NCBI GenBank assembly: GCA_001687465.1
Contig: LVLI01000020.1
Coordinates: 124,001 to 176,829 of the forward strand
Origin: Halocafeteria seosinensis
Taxonomy: Eukaryota
DNA: 52,829 bases
Direction: 5' to 3'
This document shows positions 36,875 to 46,702 of the stretch, one piece after another. Numbering within the stretch: position 1 is the first letter of the stretch; each line of letters starts with the position of its first letter. Below the pieces are notes generated by a model that was not told the origin of the DNA, did not search any database, and was given only the letters and a program-made list of their open reading frames with translations. The translations under genes and the position numbers were made by a program.

Positions 36875-38879
36875 TCAGCCGCCATCTGCCCCTTCCGCTT
36901 CATCCGATTCGCTATCTGTCTCTCCCTCCGTGTCATATTCGCTCTCCTCACCCATTTCAGTGGCTGCTTCTATACTCTCGTTGATTTCTTCAGTTTTTGT
37001 TCCTCCCACACCCTTATAAACAACGTCCAAGACTCTCTTCCACTCCATCGCATCCCATTTGTTCAACAGTCTGTCCATAATTTCCTGAGAAGCATACCTC
37101 ACTCTGCCGAATTGGTACATATACATGTCATCTCGCTTGCGGTGCCAAAATTGTACAGCCTTAAACGTCACTTTTTCTTCTCCTTCGCCAACAGTTACAT
37201 AACCAAGGTCGCCAGTGTCTTTCATTGCGTCCAAAGGATTTGCCGCTCTCACAGCGCCCTCCACTATTGCATCAATCGCATGTGGCTTCTCAAATATGTA
37301 CCTCGGTATGCCACCAATCCTTCTGTGCCGTTCTTCGAGGGTACGTGCGGTTAGCCCTTGCTCGGCGTACACCATCGAGTGTAATTTGGTAAGTTCTTTG
37401 AACGTATAAGGAGACATGATTTTTCTATCAAGCGTCTTAGCCACAAAGCGACTATCTCGATTAAATTTTCGTGGAGACATGAACAAGACCAGTTTCACCT
37501 GTCGATAGTCAGCGCTATGCGCTATAGTTCGTATGTCGTCCCTCGCACCGCCGTCATACAAAAACCAGTCCCCCTCCTGAACACCTCCTTCATCGATCGA
37601 AGACACGACATTAGAACGAGTGTCAATACGGAAGAACCACCGTGCATGCACGAAGCGGAGGCATATGCCCGAAGGCTTCCCCTCTGACGCATGAAGAAGC
37701 CTCCAAACAACGTAAGGGATCATCATGGATTTTCCGATTCCTGGAACACCTTCGATGGAAAACAAGTACCCAGTACTTTGCTTAATGACACTAAACAGTG
37801 CAGCGTATTCTCTTCGCACAAAAATCCCCTTTCCAATCATTTGTTTCCCAGGGAGCCAGCAACCTTCCAAGACCTGGGTTCCGTTGTTCGCTGTAAGTTG
37901 TATAGCTATCAACTTGTCCACGAGGTGTTGAACCTGACTGCATTGTGGGCCATCTCCTGAACAGAAAAGCAATTAGAACAAAAGGACTAATAGGTGAACG
38001 AAGAATAACATGGTAGTAGCTGCATCTTTCTTCTCTGGGGACTTCCGGTTTTCATCCTCAGCGTGTACTTACCTGCTCCGCCACCTGAACTCAGTCCTAA
38101 GCCGCCGCCTGCGAGCAAAGAGGAAAACCGTACGGATCAGAAAATAATAAAACCACAATAGTATCTTGCTCTAACTAAAGCCCTGCTTTGAACATCCATT
38201 TCAGTGTTCGCTGTTCCTACGTCGAGTTTACTTACGAACGACAAAGTAGTAGAGTCCGGCTATAAGAATACATATTCCGGCGAGCTGTCGCCTTTCTTCA
38301 TCTAAATACAGCAAGATAGCAACAAGACCAACAGCAAAACTAACACCAACTATGACTCGATACCGTAGGTTTTTCTCTAGTCTATGTTGAGGGGCATCTT
38401 CCATCCCATTGTGATTTGCACCATCCGCTCGGCTACTAGAACTTGATCCTGAGTCCCCGTCTGCAAGCGAAGAGGATAGCCATACAGATCAGATAACAAG
38501 AAGACCGCAATAGTATCTTGCTCCAACTGAAGCCCTGTTTTGAACTTCCACTTCCGTGTTTGCTTTTCATACTTAGAGTTTACTTACGAATGCGGAAGTA
38601 GTAGAGGCCGGCTGCTATGAGGATGGCAATAAGAATAAATGTTCCCGCGACAAAACCAAACAGCTTTCGACCTTCTTCATGTAAACTCCATAAGGTCATA
38701 AAGATAGCTATAAGGACAACACCGAAACCAACAGCAAAACTAACAGCAACAATGGCTAAGTTCTTGGACGACCTTAGTCTGTTTAGACGGGCATCTTCCA
38801 TCTCATTGTGAGTGGCAGCATCCGAACCACTACGAATTCGTTGCCTGTTGCTCGGGCTAAGTTTTCGTCCTAGTGGCAT
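36875..38879 (-). CDS. Crinkler/RHS-type P-loop NTPase protein with 4-TM N-terminal header and no C-terminal nuclease
   Basis: Exons 38879-38588, 38460-38236, 38108-38073 and 37956-36875 splice in frame (all introns phase 1, GTAAGT..CAG). IFVRREY, Walker A IEGVPGIGKS, WFLYDG, LFMSP, IGGIPRYIF; acidic tail. Confidence 0.75.
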
Positions 38880-39673
38880 CGCTCCCAAACTTATGGGGTA
38901 AAGTTGCGTTGAGGTTGCACAAAACTTCAGCGCGAAGTTCTGAAGTTTGATTTTAACGTGAGGGGAAGAGGCCCTCTTCTTTTGCTAACACAGAACAATG
39001 TACAATATGTAAAACAACGCAAAACACGGTAAACAGCGCGAAGAAAACGCGGGCTTGTTAAAAGAGCAATCCCAGAGACGAACAATGCTAATAGACTCCG
39101 TAAACTGGAAAGGAACCAAAATTGCAAGTCAATCACCCTTGAAACCTTTTCTTGTGGTTGCGTTTGGCGCAAAACCACACCAACGCGAAGAAGTCAGGTC
39201 TAAGGTAGTGCGTAGAAACACAAGCCGTTTCCTTCAGGGACTGTTGAGTGACAGGCTACTGAAACCAGACCAGAACGCCGTTTGCTAATGAACGATACCA
39301 AAGAATACACAACGCGATGTCGTTACCAGGGTCATGAATATCAAATTCCCTTCACCACAGAAAACAAATCATACTCATATTCAGAGAGCACGGCAAACAT
39401 GATTCTCCAGCAGCCTTCCCAAGGTCGAGGCGACACGTATTATTATGCTATTTTGTTTCATGCACCGTGTGCATAGAAAGAAACAACTATCGAATACATT
39501 TACTCGACTTTGACCAACACTTCTCTACAAGCAAGGGGCCAGCAGATACCCCGGTAAGCGTCCGTACAGATAGATGCTCGAAATTAAGCAGAGAAGCCTC
39601 GAGGAGCTTTCATTCATTGCATCGCGTCATATGGTACCTTCAAGCCAGAGAGTCAAGTCAATGCCGCCACCGG

Positions 39674-40401
39674 TTAGCCTTTCTTCTTTCGGCGTTCCTT
39701 CCTATCCTTCTTTTTGTTTCTTCGTCCACTTGTTGCTGGGGTTTCAGCACTGGATTCTTGCTGGCCTTCAGCTCCAGTAGCAGCGCTAGACCCTGCTTTT
39801 CCTTGCATTTGTTGCTTCATCTGCTCAAGTCTCTTCTTCCTCGATTCTAAGGTAGGGATGGTCCGGGCGAGTTCCTCGAATAGTTTTCGTCCTGCAGCGA
39901 AACAATCAGCGCATATAGTCACAGAATGAAACGCTGAGAGAGCAATACACACTTGTCGGGAACTGCTCATTAACTACATTTCCTTGTTCGTCTTTCAATT
40001 CAACTCGAACACGTCCATAACTCCTCCAGTCCCGCGGATGTCGATGTTTGATCTGTCGAAGACACCATTGTATATATCCAACCAAACCAACACATACATC
40101 TCTACGTACTTCCGGTGCATGTCGGAGACCCCACTTGATACAGCATTCACGTATGTCCATGACTGTGGGCCCATGACCTGCAAGAAACACAGACGATTGA
40201 CGCTCTATACAGCTTGAATGCACAAGGTTCAGACCACATACAGTCACCACATATTTCCTTTGGCACTTTCCGCCCCTGTTTGACTGTCTTGGAGCCGTCT
40301 AAATAGCAAGGGTACACCATAATCCAATGCGCAATATCCAGCTCCTCCCCCTCGGGGCCCTTGACGAGGACTGGGCGTCTCCCAGATGAAGAAGAGGCCA
40401 T
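39674..40401 (-). CDS. SRP19: signal recognition particle 19 kDa protein (4 exons)
   Basis: WIMVYPCYLD...TVKQGRKVPK, HPRDW..YGRVRVEL, K.LFEELA..IP, basic C-terminus. Confidence 0.93.
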
Positions 40402-41035
40402 TGCCACCTACACTACACTCCTACTATGTTCAGACACGTCTAATGGTAATAATAATGGGGTTCAATGCGACGAGCAACCCAATACTTAGTCGTTATCGAT
40501 GAGTGACTGAGCTAGTGGTAGGGGGTGCGGCGGATGTACAATAACGACGAAGTACCACTTCTTCATGAGTGGGAGTGGTAATTGAAATGAACCAACCAGT
40601 GACAACGTTCACAGCTCAAGACTGCTTGACGGAATAGCCAATTCTTATGTGAATGGATCAATTTGGACGTCAAGATCAAATATCCCACACACCGACCAGC
40701 GTTACAGTACACGTCTTCCGGTAGGAGCAGCACTACACTGTAATACACTTATACGTGAACTAGTAGCACTCGATCTTCTTGTCTGGTTTCTGTTTACTAA
40801 GGAGCACAGTTCGCTTGCCACGACAGTGCTTCGAGTAGAGTGGTAGGTATTACGTAACAGGATCAAGAACCCAGGAAGGGGACTCAGGGAGTGAGCAAAC
40901 ACCCCTGAAGACACTGTGTACGACGTACAGTATACAAATAATTGTGAATTGTTGTGCGATCGGTATCCATGCGCAGCAACATGGAATTCAGTTCTCATCT
41001 AATACCGAAGGCAGACGATAGCGTATTGCTCTCTC
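40159..41035. repeat. left arm of ~0.87-kb inverted duplication
   Basis: Reverse complement aligns colinearly with 44012-44812 plus 45821-46018. Confidence 0.9.
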
Positions 41036-41169
41036 TCTACATATACTGTGAACGGCGTTTCAGAATGTCCCAGTCCGATTGGATGACCTATGCGGGAGTG
41101 TGTATTAGTATTGTTCATGCATGGCGCACTACAGAGTCATCTCTTTAGCAGACTCTTTATTGGCATCTT

Positions 41170-43422
41170 CCTATTCATCATCTGTATCTTCCGATTTATC
41201 CGATGCGCTATCCGTGTCTACTTCCGTGTCATATTCTGTCCTCTCTCACCCATTTCATCGGCTGACTCGTCACTCTCGTCGATTTCTCCCGGTAGCTGGT
41301 CTTCAAACTCTGGAGTAAGCATATCTGCAAGGAAAAGCAAAACATAAGAAGTACATGATACACACGCTCATTACTTCGGGTGCTGTTACTCCTCGTTGGG
41401 AGGCTTGGCTTACCTCTGTCAACGAAAACTACGTCGAACGTCATCTTCTTGAACAATGCTTTCTCTTCCTTTTTTTCCTTCTTCGAGTATTTCGGAGCAT
41501 TAGGGAGGAAGATGCGTTGATACTGAGGGATACTGAGGGACCATGAAGTAGAAATGAGGATACCGGTATCCACGACCTGCTCTATAGTGGTGGCGCACTT
41601 GCTTCCATAGACTATTAACTCCTGCCATCTTCAACGTATGACGCTGTATTGAAAAAGCAGAAGTGGAAACTGGAACACGTTGCCTGCCATAGCACTCGTA
41701 ACAAGGATAGCATCCACTGTTTCAAAGATCTTCATCGTAGGTTTGCCGTAAACAGCACCAAACCCGTTGGCACGAACATTAATCGCCTTCGCAACTACAT
41801 TGTCAATTTTAGTACCAACAATTTTTTCTTCCTTGCTTGTTGGCAGAAAGAGAGTTGACTCCTTGGCCTTTTGTTCCCATCCATCATCCCCGTAAACCAG
41901 CTTGACAACGTTTGGAAATTCACGAAGAGGGGCTTTAGAAGCGCGCTGCGGGATCAATTTGTGCATAGCTCCCACAAAATATCTCCCACGAATATAAGCG
42001 TTTCCTGCACTCTTGAAGATTACGTCCAAGACTCTCTGCCACTCCATCGCACCCCAGTTGTTCAACAGTCTGTCCATAATTTCCTGAGAAGCATACCTCG
42101 CTCTGCCAAATTCGTAACTATATGTGTCATCCCTCTTGCGGTGCCAAAATTGTACCGCCTTAAACTTCATTTTTTCTTCTCTTTCGCCAATAGTCACATA
42201 GCCAAGTTCGCCAGTGTCTTCCATCACGTCCAATGGATTTACTCCTCTCACAGCGCCATCCACCATAGCATCAATCAGTTGTGGCTCCTCAAATATGTAT
42301 CTCGGTACGCCACCAATCCTTCTGTACCGTTCTTCAACGGAATGTGCCGTGAGCCCTTGTTCGGCGTACACCATTAAGTGTAATTTGGCAAGTTCTTTAA
42401 GCGTATAAGGAGACATAATTTTTCTGTTTAGGCCTTTCGGTACAAAGCAACTATCTCGATTAGATTTTCGTGGAGACATGAACAAGACCAGTTTCACCTT
42501 TCGATAGTCAGCGCTATGCGCTATAGTTCGTATGTCGTCCCTAGCACCGCCGTCATACAAAAACCAGTCCCCCGCCTGAACACCTCCTTCATCGATCGAA
42601 GACACGACATTAGAACGAGTGTCAATACGGAAGAACCACCGTGCATGCACGAAGCGGAGGCATATGCCCGATGGCTTACCCTCTGGGGCATGAAGAAGCC
42701 GCCAAACAACGTAAGGGATCATCATGGACTTTCCGATACCCGGAACACCTTCGATGGAAAACAAGTACTTAGGACTTTGCTTAATGACGCTAAACAATGC
42801 AGCATATTCCCTCCGCACAAAAACTCCCTTTCCAATCATTTGTTTCCCAGGAAGCCAGCAACCTTCCAAGACCTGGGTTCCATTGTTCGCTGTAGGTTGT
42901 ATAGCCACGAGCTTGTCCACGAGCTGTTGAACCCGACTGCATCCCTCTGATCATGGGCCGAACAGAAAACCAATTAGAACAAGAACAACAATATGGTGAA
43001 GGACGAATAAAATCCTAGTAGCAGTATCTTTATACTGGAGAGATTTCCGCTTTAAATTCTCAACGTTTACTTACCTGCTGAGCTCGGTCCTGAGTCCCCG
43101 CCTGCAAGGAAAGTGGATAGCGATACAGATCAGATAATAGTAAAACCACAATAATATCTCGCTCCATCTGAAGCCCTGCTTTGAAATTCCATTTCAGTAT
43201 TTACTTTTCATACTTACGAATGACATAGTAGTAGAGTCCGGCGAGGAGGATGACGAGGATGGCTATAAGAATACATAGTCCGGCGAGCTGTCGTCTTTCT
43301 TCATCTAAAGTCCATAAGATAGCAGCAATACCAACAGTGGAGCTAACGGCAATAAAGGCTTGATACCCTAGGTTCTTGGAAACCCCAAGTCTGCCAAGTC
43401 TATGTTGAGGGCCATCGTCCAT
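41170..43422 (-). pseudogene. Crinkler/RHS-type NTPase + restriction-endonuclease-fold gene with 2-TM header; frameshifted
   Basis: Close paralogue of 36875-38879. Extra C-terminal domain FETVDAIL...LLFQY[S..]QRHTLK...HFYFMVP, broken by a frameshift at ~41642, a 10-bp tandem duplication (TACTGAGGGA x2, 41521-41540) and a shift in the acidic tail. Confidence 0.75.
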
Positions 43423-43852
43423 CTCGTTGTGTGTTGCAGCACCCCACACCACTACAGTACGATTTCGTTGGCTGTTCTTGGGGCGTCCTTTTCCACAGCC
43501 TGCTCCCAAATACAATGTAAGGGAACGGGAAAACAGAAAGACCCTGAAGACCCTCTTAGCAAACTACGGGGAACCGAAATTGGTAGCACAGGACAATGTG
43601 CAATAGTGTATGTAAAAGAACGCAAAACGCGGTAATCAGAGATAAGAAAATGCGTGCTTGTGTAATGAGTACTCTCAAAAGACAAAACAATGCTCACAAA
43701 CTCCATAAACTGCAAGAAATCGAAACTTTCCACCCTTTTTTTTTGTAGTCTGGAATGATTCGGTCCGCGAATTTCGGACCGGAACCCTGACGAGTCATGA
43801 CTCAGTCATCAGAGTTGTTGATGGTGACCCTGGACGACGTACAGACTCGGTA

Positions 43853-44120
43853 CAGTATACAAATAATTGTGAATTGTTGTGTGATTGGTTTTCATGCGCA
43901 GCAACATGGAGCATAAGCGTACATTGTTTGAAAAGTTAGCGAAGTTAGACAATTCTGGAGGCCAATCCAATCAGACTGGGACATTCCGAAGCGTCGTTCC
44001 CAACAAAGAGATACAGAGCAATGGGCTACTCACCACAGCCATCGTCTGTCTTTGGTATTAGATGAGAACTGAATTCCATGTTGCTGCGCATGGATACCGA
44101 TCACAATTATTCGTATACAG
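43853..44120. mobile_element. Tc1/mariner-type MITE (~270 bp)
   Basis: Imperfect TIRs C(A/T)GTATAC(A/G)AATAATTGTGA...CATGCGCAGCAACATGGA; TA at 43851-43852 and 44121-44122; non-coding interior; partial copy at 40928-41035. Confidence 0.65.
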
Positions 44121-44752
44121 TACACTGTACTCGTACGTCGTATACGGTATCTTCGTCGTCGGTGTCTTCGTGGGGTGTTGGCTCATCCGTGAGTCCCCTT
44201 CCTGATCTAGTCAGGGTCAACCCTTGGTTTGCCTTCAACGGGCTGGCTAGTGCTGATACACGTACATTGTACCACTCTACTCGAAGCACCGTCGTGGCGA
44301 GCGAACCGTGCTCCTCAGTAAGCAGAGACCACACAAGCAGATCGAGTGCTAGTATTTCACGTATAAGTGTATTAGTGCTGTTCCTACCGGAAGACGTGTA
44401 GTCTACAGGCTACAGCTACGCTAGTCAGTCTGTAGGAGTTTTGGTCTTGACTTCCTAATTGATCTTGTCACATAAGAACTGACTTTTCCGTCAAGCAGTC
44501 TTGAGCTATAAGCGTTGTCACTGGGTTGGTTCATTTCAAATACCACTGGTCATATCCCACACTAGTTATCATAACTAGTCACTTTGACTAGTGGGTTCCC
44601 ACGAAGAGGGTACGTCGTCGACTCGTCGTTACCCGCACTCACCGCACGACGTACTAGCTCAGTTACTCATCGATAACGACTAAGTCTTGGATTGCTCGCC
44701 GCATTGAACCCCATTATTATTATTAGACGTATTTGTAGTAGGAGTGTAGCGT

Positions 44753-46018
44753 ATGGTCTCTTCTTCATCTGGGAGACGCCCAGTCCTCGTCAAGGGTCCC
44801 GAGGGGGAGGAGTGTATTAGTATTGGCAAACTATACTGTATTGCTCCTACCGGAAACCGCGTATGCTACTGGCTACGCTACGCAGTGTGAGGGGTGAACC
44901 CTAGCCGAAACCGCTCCAACATCTTCACGTTTTGGCGTACCAACGTAACTGACAGTCTGGCCGTCATCAGCTTGAAAACGTTCCGCATCTCCCTTGTTCC
45001 CAACGCCGCCAGCGGAAGTCCGGTGCTTTCCTGGCCATCCTCTTCAGGAACTTGATCGCGTCCTCCCAGAAGCCGCTCGTCGCCTCCATTGCGAACGGGT
45101 GCGGTGGTCCTTCAGATGTCAGTATTTTGTCCGCTTCATCTTCTCCGCTTCTGCCGCGATAGTGTGGGGTCTTCATACTGCCCTGGCTAGTCTGTCTCTC
45201 GTGAGCGGGTTTGGCACCGTCACATCGACATAAACTGTGCTCGATGGGCCCTCCGCTACCAGGTCCGTTACCGGCCTCGCTTCTCCTTCGTTTCGCGGGT
45301 CTACGAGCACCCCTACTGGCATTGGCTCGTGCGGATGTAGTTCTCCAGTTCCACTGCTATCCTTTCATGACGGCGAATCCTTTGCGTGACGTTCTCTTCT
45401 TTGCCGCACCCCAGTGCGTGGTGCAGCAGCTCGTCGATTGGTCCTCCACAGCATTCACCGGATTGCCCCGTAAACAGGTTAGTTTAGGGGAGCACTAGGC
45501 GTAGGCGCAGTCACGCGCCGCAGTGCTACCATGTACTCGGCGTCGGTTAGCGTAAATCCTTTCCTTGGTGCTGCGTATAGCCATGCAGGTACTCCGTCCG
45601 CTTGGCAGGCTGTCAGTAACGCTTTCTGCTGCGGGTTCAGCGTCCCTTTCAGGCCTTGTAGCTGCTCTCTGCAACGTCTTTCCCAGGTGTTTTTGTACCT
45701 TCGGTTTGCTCCAGTAGCCTTTGTAGTTCGCATCCGGAAGGCCGATCGTTTCTTGTAGCGCCACCGCCATGGCTCGCGGAGAGTCAGAACGGCTTCTTCT
45801 TGTATTGCGGTAACGGTAGCGGGGGAGGAGCTGGATATTGCGCACTGGATTATGGCGCACCCTTGCTATTTAGACGGCTCCAAGACAGTCAAACAGGGGC
45901 AAAAAATGCCAAAGGAAATACATGGTCACTGTATGTGGACTGAACCTTGTGCATTCAAGCTGTATAGAGCACTACAATAATCGTCTGTGTTTCTTGCAGG
46001 TCAAGGGCCCACTGTCAT
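44753..46018 (+). pseudogene. SRP19: truncated SRP19 duplicate (exon 1, intron 1, start of exon 2) split by a retrotransposon
   Basis: 44753-44812 and 45821-46018 match the 5' part of SRP19, including intron 1. Confidence 0.9.
44813..45820 (-). mobile_element. 5'-truncated CRE-like non-LTR retrotransposon with 10-bp TSD
   Basis: TSD GGGGGAGGAG at 44803-44812 and 45821-45830. AWLYAAP..FTLTDAEY.VALRR, Zn-knuckle C...D.LLHHALGC...RRH, RLE motif HPFAMEATSGFWEDAIKFLKRMA. 3' end CAATACTAATACA. Confidence 0.9.
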
Positions 46019-46702
46019 CCTTGCCAATCCCGCAGCCGCCCCGCAATCACAATCCTCAGTGATGCAACATGTACCCTTGGAACTGGCTCAGCTGAGAGTG
46101 ATGTACGCACCGGACCTTCCATCAGAAGCAATGTCTTCGAGGGCCGCTTCCAAGGGCAACCCAGGCACGCGGCACTTCCGAGAATGTAATAGTGGGAACC
46201 AACATTGGGGCAATGATCGTCATATTTCATTTTCCATGACTAACATAGAACCATGGGGTTGACGTGCAACTTCGTCCCGAAGATAGCACCCGGTACTCCG
46301 TCTGGGGGGAGCAGCATCGATAACGATATGCGGTCCGTGGATTCACTCATGTGTTGTCGTTTACCATGCAACGGGTGCAATCAGCGCAATGGAGGCAAAC
46401 AAAGACATACAATAGGGGAAGGCTGCAAGAAACACGGCACCAGCACTCAACAGTGTTGACATATATGCAGCAATCTATGAATGACGAACTCCACAGAAAC
46501 CGTAGTGCCGCTAAACGCCGAAGCATCAAAGAAAGCCCACTCCTTCAATGCTTCAATCTCCTACCGCCGTTTCAACGAGGAACTAAGAAATCCGTTAGTG
46601 AATAGTATTGGATCCACCGGCTTTAACGCGAGCGCGCCACTGCGTATCCAAGCTAGATGGAAACTGTCGACATGTTGCACAAACAGGCATCTCGTGTTCT
46701 TG

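Larger units (their letters stand above)
44012..46018. repeat. right arm of the inverted duplication, interrupted by a retrotransposon
   Basis: Inverted copy of 40159-41035. Confidence 0.9.

Noticed and set aside
41100..43422. Crinkler-like copy 2 as a retrocopy because a retroelement tail follows its stop
   Set aside because: The copy retains its introns, so it is not a processed mRNA; the tail is better read as a separate short insertion
43815..43840. TGGTGACCC resembling a tRNA-Trp primer-binding site
   Set aside because: Short match with no adjacent LTR or gag
46020..46700. Possible small plus-strand gene (CTAAC..AG acceptor at ~46248)
   Set aside because: No consistent spliced ORF or recognisable motif could be assembled
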